Assembly (NCBI RefSeq): GCF_001194135.2
Contig: NC_068995.1
Coordinates: forward strand, 14,396,694 to 14,460,693
Length of the DNA: 64,000 nucleotides
Direction of reading: 5' to 3'
Origin: Octopus bimaculoides
Taxonomy: Eukaryota
Position 1 is the first letter of the stretch. Each line of letters starts with the position of its first letter. A model generated the notes under the pieces. The model was not told the origin of the DNA, searched no databases, and saw only the letters and a list, made by a program, of their open reading frames with translations. A program made the translations under genes and the position numbers. Below, one piece after another: positions 13,088 through 24,024 of the stretch.

Positions 13088-13320
13088 GATAAGTCGCTGG
13101 TCAGTCAATATTGTGAATAGCCTTAATGGGCAAAGTAGAGCCCAGTCAACACTGCAAATAGAGCAAGGGACAAGTACTTGGTCAGCTGATGCTGTGAACA
13201 GAGCAATGGGTTAAGCTGCTGGTCAGTCAATACTCTGAATTAAGCAAGGTATAAGCTCTTGGTCAGTTGATATAATGAATAGAGTAAAAGGTATAAGATG
13301 CTGGTCAGTTGATGCTGTGA
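13088..13320 (+). repeat. Degenerate ~39-bp tandem repeat, ~6 copies
   Basis: Recurrent ATAAG..GCTGGTCAGT..AT.CTGTGAATAGAGCAA. Confidence 0.65.
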
Positions 13321-13351
13321 TCTGATTTTAATTTCAGGTTGCAAGTAATTT

Positions 13352-13650
13352 GGCGATCTTTCGATACCAGTACGAAATATCGGACTTTTCCGTAACACCT
13401 GCACGATCTTCACTAGGGAGTTAGGGTTAGGGTTAGGGTTTTAGTGTCAGGGTTAGGGTTTTAGGGTTAGGGTTAGTGTTTAGGGTTACGGTTACTGTTA
13501 GGGACGGAATTCCCTAACCCAAACCCTAACCCTTCAAAAGAAATCGTGCTCTCTGCTTCTCTTTCACTTTTACGATGTCGTTTCCCTCTTTCCCCCCCAA
13601 CACTTTTTACGGAAAAGACCAATATTTCATACTAGTATCGAAAGATCGCC
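13352..13650. mobile_element. 299-bp MITE with 44-bp TIRs, 8-bp TSD (AGTAATTT) and internal TTAGGG repeats; Merlin-like
   Basis: TIRs at 13352-13395 and 13607-13650 differ at 4 positions. TSD copies are at 13344-13351 and 13651-13658. The TIR starts GGCGA, which fits GGNRM. Confidence 0.8.
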
Positions 13651-14024
13651 AGTAATTTCCCTTTCCAATGTCATTCATGACTAAAAAAAGTGCATGGACA
13701 TCACAGCATCCCATTTCTAACACTCTTCAATTAGAAGGTCTTTGTGCTTTCTCAAAAAATAATAAATAAATAAATAAAAGCTACTGCAGCTGTTGTTGTT
13801 TAGCCCCAGGTCACCTCAAGTCAGATCCAGTGGACTGACAATCTAAAGCATTCTAGCCATAGCCATCCCGTCGTACATTTTAACAAAAAATGCATATCCA
13901 GGATTAGATTATCAAATGTAGCCTTCTGTTTTTAGGAGAGTAGGGTATGATTTTAAGGGAGAAAGGACCAATAATTTTGTTTAGGGAACATTTAGTCAGG
14001 ACACTGATTACATTGGATGGCTTA

Positions 14025-14242
14025 CTACTACTACCACAACCACTACTACAATGACTACTACTACTACTACCACAACCACTACTACTACGACTACTACTAC
14101 TACTACTACCACAACCACTACTACAATGACTACTACTACTACTATCACAACCACTACTACTACCACAACCACTACTACTACTACAACCACAACTACTACC
14201 ACAACCACCACCACTACTACTACTACTATTACTACTACCACA

Positions 14243-14280
<38 letters not shown>

Positions 14281-14281
14281 A
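14025..14281 (+). repeat. Compound (ACT/ACC/ACA)n trinucleotide microsatellite
   Basis: Pure ACN repeats with a recurring ACCACAACC spacer. Confidence 0.9.
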
Positions 14282-14722
14282 CATCATCTAAGCTAGTGGT
14301 TGTCAACTGGGATCGAAATGGCCCTTGGAGGTCCATGTAAGATTTTGTTGTTAAAATTTATCCGCAATAAACTGGTTTTACTCTTACAAAACACAAAACA
14401 TTTAAATAGTTTTTTTAAAAATACAATTCCTAATAATATTTGATCATAAAATTATAATAGGGAGTTTTTAGATGTTGAATGGTTATGAGGGTCCCACCCA
14501 TTGAGTAGAATAGGAATTGAAGAGGTCCATAGGTAAAGAAATGGTTGAGAAACACTGATTATCTAAGCAATGATAACGTTAAAAAAAAAACTCAACAAAG
14601 GTGTAAAATATATAAAGAATGATGATATTGATGATACTAATGGCAATGAGAAGGAGGAGGAGGAGGAAGAAGAAGAAAAGTGGGAGGAGAAGAGTGGGGT
14701 AAAATGGAGTCCAGTAGTTTAC

Positions 14723-14913
14723 CTCTGTTTAAAAATGGCATGGAATCCTTCGTGCTCTCCAATGTATTCTGTGATGCCAACATCTTTCTCAGTCAGTGAT
14801 TTTCTCTGGATGGTATCTTCAGCTGCCTCTACATCACCGTTAGGGTTAACATACTCTTCTTCAAGTGCTGGCGCCGATTCTTCTGTCTTTGGACTTACAT
14901 CTGTGACATCAGC
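14723..14913 (-). CDS. PUS7: PUS7 coding exon 2 (ADVTDV...LTEKDVGITEYIGEHEGFHAIFKQR)
   Basis: CAG acceptor and GTAAA donor. Matches the PUS7 N-terminal motif LTE.DVGIT.....H.GF..I.K.R. Confidence 0.93.
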
Positions 14914-14972
14914 CTGAAAAAACAGAATAAATCAGTGTTACATTATTTTATCTTAGAACTACTATACACAGT

Positions 14973-15350
14973 GGAGGCGCAATGGCCCAGTGGTTAGGGT
15001 AGCGGACTCGCGGTCATAGTATCGCGGTTTCGATTCCCAGACCGGGCGTTGTGAGTGTTTATTGAGCGAAAACACCTAAAGCTCCACGAGGCTCTGGCAG
15101 GGGATGGTGGCGAACCCTGCTGTACTCTTTCACCACAACTTTCTCTCACTCTTACTTCCTATTTCTGTTATGCCTGTAATTCGAAGGGCCAGCCTTGTCA
15201 CACTGAATATCCCCGAGAACTACGTTAAGGGTACACGTGTCTGTGGAGTGCTCAGCCACTTGCATGTTAATTTCACGAGCAAGCTGTTCCGTTGATCGGA
15301 TCAACTGGAACCCTCGACGTCGTAACCGACGGAGTGCCAACAACAACAAC
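14973..15350 (+). mobile_element. tRNA-derived SINE family C, near full length; further copies at 54631-55010 and 59480-59790
   Basis: Head with A box (TGGCCCAGTGG) and B box (GGTTTCGATTCCC), CAA tail, and a near-identical copy at 54631. Confidence 0.85.
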
Positions 15351-15800
15351 TATACATACACACACACAGAACATATATGGACAAAGAGAAAATATATATA
15401 CACACATTCACATATGTTTATAAATATGCATATATATTCTCTTTAGTTTTATTCATTTTTTGGTCATTTTTGATTATTAAATGCTTAAAACACGTTATCG
15501 TCGCAATGTTGACATTGTTTTGTCACGCATGGAATAACAGCTTCCAAATCCTGTTGTCTGACTGGGTAAAAATTATCAAACTTTAAACCTTGTAATTTAA
15601 AAAAAAAGATTTTTTCTGAAACAAATAAATCAAGTAATTTAGGCCCTGAGATTTAGCATGGAAAATTACATCAATAGACCAAATTTGAAAATTTTCACTC
15701 AAATTTAAAAAGTGTAGCCAAACAGAAAAGGTCCACATGCTGTAACAACTATGTGACTGTAAAGTTAACTTCAAACATTTTGCATCTTTCAGATACTCAC

Positions 15801-15890
15801 CTCTGTTGATATGGTTTCTAATTTCTGTTTTTTCACACTGTTTCCTTCATGTTCTTCCTCATTTACTCTTTTAGCATTGGTCTGTTCCAT
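15801..15890 (-). CDS. PUS7: PUS7 coding exon 1 (MEQTNAKRVNEEEHEGNSVKKQKLETISTE)
   Basis: ATG at 15890 directly after a polypyrimidine/AG acceptor, 90 nt, GTGAG donor. Phase 0 joins in frame to the next exon. Confidence 0.75.
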
Positions 15891-16246
15891 CTTATAGAAG
15901 CAATTTCACAGAGAAGTGTAGAGAAGAAAATATGAAAAAAAAACAAACAAACTGTTATAAATGGTGTTTTGGATCACTTGGTAATATTGGCACAAAATCT
16001 CAATATTCTTTTCTACCCTAGGCACAAGGCCTGAAATTTTGGAAAAAAATCTCAGTATTATAGGGGCAGATGTGGCTGAGTGATTAAGAAACATACTTTG
16101 CAACCATGTGGTTTCTGTAGTAAAGATTGACCTCAGGATTTTGAACCCCATGGAGGAAATGACAAAGGAACAAGATGACTGGTGATTCCCCATGCTCAAG
16201 AAGACTCATCTAAACCTTGGAGGAAATGAGGTCCTAAAACACACTT

Positions 16247-16470
16247 TACAAAGGGGTGCTGAAAAAAAGTTCCTGGCTTTAAGAGTATCACGAAAGGCCT
16301 GGTTGGAGGCCCAACCTTCCAAATTCTATTACAGAGCTTAGAAAAACTGCAGGACCACTGCAACCAGTGTGTGAATCTGAGAGGAGGATATGTTGAATAA
16401 AATCCTAATTAACTGATCCTCCTGTATTTTCTTTTACCTAAAGCTAGGAACATTTCAGCACTCCCTGGTA
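16247..16470 (+). mobile_element. Internally deleted mariner element
   Basis: TA-flanked TIRs (GGGGTGCTGAAA..AGTTCCTGGCTTTA and TAAAGCTAGGAAC.TTTCAGCACTCCC). Retains the mariner C-terminus LEKLQDHCNQCVNLRGGYVE*. Confidence 0.75.
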
Positions 16471-18369
16471 AGTCTATGTTCCAATACCAAATCTGTCCCT
16501 GTCAAGCATTTCCCACAACTCTTCTTCCTAACTGTCATCCCTTGGTCACTCTTCTGACTATGACACTACTCATTCAGCTGCAGTAATTATAAAACAGAAC
16601 TGCACATATTCCATCCTCTATTGTACTACCAGTTATCCCACTCTTTAGGACTACATTCTTTTATCACCTTTCCCACATTCTCAGTATTATCCATTCCCAT
16701 TTTATTTTATGGAGAATACTCCTTTTCCCTAAGCTACATATCTCATCCTTCCATATTTGCTATCATTCTCAACACCCTCTCAGATCTGCCACCTATGGTC
16801 TCTTCCCCTTTGTTACTCAGTGAGTATCCACCCCTAGCATAGCTAGAGGGGAATAGAGTGCATGGCACCACTTTTGGGTCTGCTGTAGACAATATGTATC
16901 TTGTAGGGGTCTGGGGGTGGCAAACTGAAAAGTTGTCTGGGTGCAGTAAACTGAAGGGCCACCTTGAGCAACACACTCTAGTTACGCTAGTGTACATACC
17001 TCTGATCTATCTCTTTCCTCCAGCACTTCACAGCTTTCTATTTCTCATTTATCTACAGTTTTATCATACTGCCACAACTTTTTGTTCTGTCACTTCTCCT
17101 TCTCCTCTCTGGTTAGGTTATGGTCAGTCTACATCACTCCGTAAGGAGCATAGGGCCAGTTTCCTGGTGTGTATATTCCTCCCTTGATGGGACGCTGGTC
17201 TGTTGCAGGATTACAATGCTGAGTGCATTGGAGCAACTTGAAATGAAGTGCTTTGCTCAAGTACACAATGCATCACCCAGTTCAGGAATTGAAACCATAA
17301 TCTTACAATTATGAGTGCAAAACATCCTAACCACTAAGTCATGTACCTTCACCTCCTCCTCTCTGACCCACTCCTATTTTCTTCATCCCCACCCACCTGA
17401 TATTTACCATCAACCTCTCCTTGCTCACCTTTCACTGCATTCATTTCTATCCTCATCTCTAATTCTGTCATTCTCCTCACTCGCCCTTCCCAGTCATCTG
17501 TCCCTTTTTTCTTTTATAATCATATTCTTGTACCTTGAGGGTCCACCCTAAAATCTCATCACTACCATCATTTCTCCCTTTCTAGCTGAATTAGCTGTTT
17601 GTTTACAGTAAACCACCTGTTTCTGTCCAGCTATTATAATTTAGCCTCTCAGCACTTGGAATACAGGTACCTCCCTAAGTAACACACTCCAACTCATTTG
17701 AGCTGTGTTGTCTTGTGAGTTACTTAGTGACCTCACTTGTGCTGGTGCCATGAAAAAAATGTACCCAGGATACATTAGAATGGGCATCCAACTTTAGAAA
17801 ACATAACAAAGCAGACACTGAAGCTTGAAGTAGTCCTCTGGCTCACCGGATCCAATCAAACCATCCAACGCATGTCAGCACAGAAGAGAAGCATTAATGA
17901 TAATGATGATGGGGTGTATGTGTGTGTTTGGATATATTCTTTTCTACTCTATGCACAAAGCCCGAAATTTTTGGGGGAGTAGGGTCAGTCGAATAGATTG
18001 ACCCAAATACACAACTGGTACTTAATTTATTGACCCCCAAAAGGATGAAAGGCAAAGCCGACCTCAGTGGAATTTGACTCAGAACGAAAAGAGAGACAAA
18101 ATATCACTAAGCATTTCACCTGGCATGCTAACGTTTCTTATTTCTTTATTGCCCACAAGGGGCTAAACATAGAGGGGACAAACAAGGACAGACAGAGGGA
18201 TTAAGTTGATTACATCGACACTAGTGCATAACTGGTACTTAATTTATTGACCCCAAAAGGATGAAAGGCAAAGTCAACCTCGGCGGAATTTGAACTCAGA
18301 ATGTAACGGCAGACAAAATACCGCTAAGCATTTTGCCCGGCGTGCTAACATTTCTGCCACCTCGCCGCC

Positions 18370-18579
18370 TTGTTTGGATATACATATTGTAAGACAATAT
18401 CTGGACTTAAAAGACATATGCTAGTTCACAAAAATATTCCTTCAGAATCAGATTCCAAAGGGCAAAGTTGTAGAAGAAACTTTAATAATATCTGTCCCAT
18501 GTGTTTTAAACCCTGTCAGACAGCAGCTGGTCTTAAAAGTCATCTAAGGGCTCATCAACGGAGTGCTTGTGCTGTGTGA
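18370..18579 (+). mobile_element. Probable LINE (RTE-like) 3' end with C2H2 zinc-finger remnants
   Basis: Translates as CKTISGLKRHMLVH and CPMCFKPCQTAAGLKSHLRAH*. No splice context, no TGEKP linkers, and it abuts a SINE end. Confidence 0.5.
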
Positions 18580-18862
18580 TGGAGTGGTAGATATTTAAAT
18601 ATACTTTCTTTAACTACATCTGTGTGTAATTCACTATTTATTTTCCTAACGACAGATGTCTATATATTTCTGTATACTATCATGGCAGCAGCTTTTTATA
18701 TATTATTATATTATATTCTTTCTTCAATACAAATACCAATATATCTCCACACGCTTTCACGTTTACAAGTGTAGCCTGGTGTTGCCATCCGGTTTCACCA
18801 GTCCTCAGTCAAATCGTCCAACCCATGCTAGCATGGAAAGCGGACGTTAAACGATGATGATG

Positions 18863-18904
<42 letters not shown>

Positions 18905-19807
18905 TCTTTCACTTGTTTTAGTCATTGGACTTGGGAAATGCTGGAGCACCATCTTGAAAAGTTTTAGTAGAATAGATCAACCCCAGTACGTTTACTGAAT
19001 CGATGTGTTATGAGGACCTAAACAAACTGACCAACACGTTTTTGTAAGTCAGAAAAAAAAAACCTTCCCCCAAACAGGTACTTACATATTATGAGAATAG
19101 CTGCTATGAGATTATATATTCTTATATTCAGCTGTCTGTATATCTTACTATGGATGGTGGTGGTGGGGCAAAATGAGTTCGATCTGATTTCTCATTATTT
19201 ACTCCTTGCTTGTTTGAATTTATTATGTTGCAAGTATTGCATCGTCATTTTGTATTGCTACATTATATTTAGGAGTAAAAATTGGTTAGCATAGAGAATC
19301 AGAAATATAGTCAGGTGGCAGGTCCTCTTTTGTCATGAAATTTTTCCTCAATTTTGAACCGATTGTAATTGAGGTTGCTTACAAAATATCTGGATAATTT
19401 TCGGTGTTTAACAAACAATATTCTTTTCTCCGCTGGATTCCAAGTCAATTTTTCCCACACTAATGTCTAATTTATTAATTTTCAAGTTTCAAAAAAATGA
19501 TGTCTAAAATAGGGTAAAATAAGTAATAACTAATTTCAATAATTTATTCTTTTTAACCTCATGGTGTGTTAATATATCATGAACAGAACCCTCCAGTTGA
19601 TCATGAAGAAGTTATAGAGAATATTTTATGTGGAGTTTTTTTTTTTTTATCTAGTCGAGTTTCGTTAATTACATATCGTGCCATTTTTCCCGGAACCTCT
19701 TTCATTTGACCTAAATTTTAGTTCTTGTCTTTGGCATTTCTGATGTCTAGAGATGGATGCTGATGTGTATGAGTCTGTTTTCTAGAGAACTGAAGTGGCA
19801 AATTTAC

Positions 19808-19865
19808 CTTATCTTGCTTTACTCATTTTGCCCCAGCCAAATTTCTCAATGAGAATGGCAATTTT
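19808..19865 (-). other. Candidate 5'UTR exon of PUS7
   Basis: TTTCAG acceptor and AAG|GTAAAT donor. PUS7 coding exon 1 begins at an acceptor, so an upstream exon is required. No transcript evidence. Confidence 0.35.
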
Positions 19866-20932
19866 CTGAAATAGTGATCAGGTTATATTACAATGCTTTT
19901 AATGTATTTAAACACCATTTGCTTAGGTGATATAGTTTTTGTAAGGCGATGGTCTTGCATGGCCACCGTCAAATGGCTGAAACAAAAGAATTTGTAAAAA
20001 ATATATTTTGTCCCAAAGTCAAAAATGCAGTAAAAACAACCCATTTCCCCCTCCCCCATACTTTAATCAACAAAAGGTAGCTATCGATCTCTATATGCAA
20101 CCCAGCGCGACCGTGTTTGCGTGTTACCGTGCGCGGCGTGCATCTCTGTGGTTTCGGAACCATAAGTGTTCATAAATCTACACACTATATACAGTCTAGA
20201 TTACTTGTTGCAATTTAAAAAATTGCCTTCAGTTATGATTTTTGTATTGACTAAGATACTTCTTCAACTTGCATGCAAAGGAATTATATCGAATTCCACC
20301 AATACTCTTGGTATAGATATTAAGGGCAATTTCTATGCGATTAACTTCGGTCGCACGTGTTACAGTGGCTAACCAAGAAAAAAACAAAAAACTCATTTAT
20401 AACATAAAATGAAAGATTTCATCAAAGGGAGATAATTAAAATACATCAACGCGAAGGAAGTATTTTGGCACTGTCATGGTATTTAGCTGTCAGAATTGAA
20501 AGTAGAACTGACAAGGACCGTTACTGCTGGTTTGAGTTGATTCTTTGGCTACTGACTAGCCGGAGCTATCTATCTGTCTGTCTATCTCACTATCTCTCTC
20601 TCTATATATATCTATCTATCACTCGTTCAATTCTGTTCGTGTCCGTAGAATTTATCAAATTAGAAAACGCAAATTTAATATAAAAATATATTTTCTGAAA
20701 TTGAAAATTATTTAAAATATAAAAATATAATTTTCAACAGAGAGAATTTATCAAAATAGAAAACAAATGAAGTTTGAAGTTTAAAAATAATAGGATCGAC
20801 CACTCACGACTAGCTAGCGCGGACGCGCGACTGCGCGTTCGGGACCACTCTGCTTTAGTAGTACCCTTATACTCTGTGTGTTTTCAAACGCATGGATATA
20901 GGTGTCAAATTTGTTCCAATAACTTTCGAGTG

Positions 20933-20963
<31 letters not shown>

Positions 20964-22437
20964 AACAGAGAGAGAGAGAGACAGACAGACAGATAGCTCG
21001 CTCCGGCCAGTCATTGTATTAGCTGTCAGTAGCCAAAGAATCAACTCAAACCAGCAGTAACGTTCCTTGTCAGATTCCTTTTTGTTTTTCACGTCGTTGA
21101 AATTCAGAAATGATAATAGAATGTTATAATTCTAAACTATGTCGATAATACGATGAATGGTGATGAATAAAAATAAAGCAAGAGAGATGAGACTACAATA
21201 CGAATTCCGTCAGATAGCAACTTCAGAAGATAAGAAAACGGAAGTTGTAAAACCTGTTCTTTTAGGTAAAAATAAACAATTGTAAATTTCCTCGGGAAAA
21301 AAAAATATTCTAAAAAATCAAAATATTTATGGGAAGATAGGAAATAAATGAGATTAACATTCATACCTTCCAACAGGCATTTAACGATGTATGTAATGTA
21401 AACTGTAAAGACAACAAACAATCGGGAATCGAAACCGAGACGTGAGCTCTGTTCTTAGAGAGTTTAACTCCTACACTAAACTACTACTACTTTCGCTAAA
21501 TAATATTAAATAATGAGTGTTAGGGAGCCTTTGACGACAATATAATCGTTTAGAAACCAGAAAGAGTTTTTTTATAGGTTAAAGCACGAATGAAATAGGA
21601 TTGTTTGTAATGGTAATAATGTCAACTTACTTGGGACGAGTCTCGTTAATGTAACCACCACGTTACTGGTTTACTAAACGGAACTTAAAACAACCATTTT
21701 ACCTCAAAGGGAGACAAATCCTACATAAAACTTCACCTCCACATTGTTGATCTCAGGTTCCATTTTTATTTTTTTATTTTCATTTATGTATTTATTTTTT
21801 AAGTAGGTTGGCTGCAGGAATCGTTAGTGCGCTGGATAAAATGCTTGGCGCCATCTCGTCTACCTTTACGTTCTGAGTTCAAATTCCACCAAGATCGAGT
21901 TTTCCTTTCGGGATCTTATAAAATAAGTATCAGTTGAACAACGGGGTCGAAAGTAATCAATTTACCCCCTCCCGCAAAATTTCAGCCTTTGTGCCTATAA
22001 TAGAAAAAGTTATTTTTATTTATTTATTATTTTTTTTTAATTTAAAAGGCTAGCTGCTAGAATCGTTAGCATGTCGGACAAAATGCTTAACGGTATTCCT
22101 TTCGAATATTATGATGTGAGTTCAAATTCCACTGAGATGATCGATAAAATAAGTACCAGTGGAGCACTGAGATCGATGTAACAGACTTGCACCCTCCCCC
22201 ACAATTGCTGGCCTTGTGCTAAAATTTGAAACCGTTATTATTATTATTATTATGATGGTGATGATGAAGGCGGCAAGCAGGCAGAATCGTTAGCACGCTG
22301 TTCTGAATTCAAATTCCGCCGATGTCGACTTTGCCTTTCATCCTTTCGAGATCGATAAATTATGTACCAGTCAAGTACTGTGTCGATGTGATCGATTTAC
22401 CCCCTCCCTACAAACTTCGAGCCTTGTGCAGCAGCAG

Positions 22438-22472
<35 letters not shown>

Positions 22473-22477
22473 CCACC

Positions 22478-22509
<32 letters not shown>

Positions 22510-23927
22510 TATTATTATCATTATTATTATTATTATTATTATGATAACGAAAGCGGAGAGCTGGCAGAATCGTTAGCACGTCGGCCGAAATGCTTAGCGG
22601 TATTTCGTCTGTCTTTATGTTCTGAGTTCAAATTCCGCCGAGGTCGACTTTGCCTTTCATCCTTTTGGAGTCGATAAAATAGGTATCAGTAGAGTACTGG
22701 GGTCGGTGTAATTGACTCATCCCTCCCACAAAATTTCAGGCTTTGTGCCTATAGTAGGAAGGATTATTGTTGTTGTTGTCTATACATAATCTACCACAGT
22801 GGTTACAATCGGGATCTATAGGGTCCCGAAGCGTCCATTTAATATTTTGGGGTATCAGCAATTTTATTTTGAGGGCTCCTGAAAAAAGTTTGCTTTAGAT
22901 GTATGTATTGGTATGTATTGCAAAAAAACAGCTAGATTTCTTTCACAAAAAACAAAATAGGAATTTTGAAAGAAGTTTCCATTTCACTAGTTTTTAAACA
23001 TGGAATGGCTATGGGGGTCTACCAGAATAAAATAGTAATGAAAGAGGTCCATAGATTTTTTTTAATGGTTGAGAACCCCTGATGTACTATATTTCGGTTT
23101 TATATTTAAGTACTAAAAGAAAGTTGGACCTGATGAACAGAATTCTATATTTTTCTGTTTTATAAAGTAACAAGTGAAGAAAAGTGCCGTTTAGATACAT
23201 GCCTCCTAACAGGTCAGTCACTTCTTTATCACATTAGGTTCTGGAGCCTACCTTTTTCCATAAATTGGTGCGACAAATTATCTCCAGGCAGAGGGGTGAG
23301 ACTTTTTCATCAAAGCAAGTTATGCCGATTCCCTGCCGTTTTTCACCAGAGAAGGAATAAAGTCTCACTGTTATTTTAAAATTTGCTTCTTTTGTTACTT
23401 ACACGAATTAACACGCAAAATTTATACAATATACAATGGCATGCATGATACAATAGTAAAACCAAGGGAGACTTTAGACTCATCGCAAAATGCTCTTAAG
23501 CACGACACTGTATTTCACGTCGCTCCAGTCCACTCAGCCGGGAAAAATGAGTTGTACCTGTAATTCAAAGGATCAACCTTGTTACATTCTGTACTACATT
23601 GAATCTCTCTTAGTTTCTTCTTTTTTTTTTTTTTTCTACCGAAAAGGCGTCTCCCATTGTTTTTAAGTGCGTTGTGAAAAAAGAAAAAGGGACAAAATCG
23701 GTCCTGAAGCCGGGTGGGGGTAGGGGGATTCATAAATTTCCAAAATTTTTTTTTTCATAAAGAACTTCCCATCATTTGCAAGGGTGTAGTTAAAAAAGAA
23801 AATAATGAAAAATCCCCGTCAAAACGAAGAAAATCCAACTTATGTGGCTGTGCTATTTCGAAAGTCCGCCAAAGCATTCTATTGTGAAAATTACCAGGCA
23901 ACGACAGGATACTCAGCTAGTGTGTAT

Positions 23928-23977
<50 letters not shown>

Positions 23978-23988
23978 GTATCTGTCTG

Positions 23989-24024
<36 letters not shown>

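Noticed and set aside
13420-13535. True telomere or chromosome fusion site
   Set aside because: The repeats are short and degenerate and lie inside a TIR/TSD-bounded element within an intron.
13904-14340. Poly-Thr (mucin-like), poly-Val, poly-Ser and His/Tyr ORFs; similar ones at 8197-8409, 22322-22677 and 62362-62696
   Set aside because: These are trinucleotide microsatellites open in several frames, with no splice or start context.
14973-15050. tRNA genes
   Set aside because: The A/B boxes belong to SINE heads that continue into shared SINE bodies, and there is no complete cloverleaf.
18370-18579. Host C2H2 zinc-finger gene
   Set aside because: It has only two irregular fingers, no TGEKP linkers and no splice sites, so it fits a LINE C-terminus better.
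23293-23370. Short stem GTGAGACTTT...AAAGTCTCAC as a snoRNA or miRNA precursor
   Set aside because: There is only a 10-bp terminal stem, with no C/D or H/ACA boxes and no extended hairpin.
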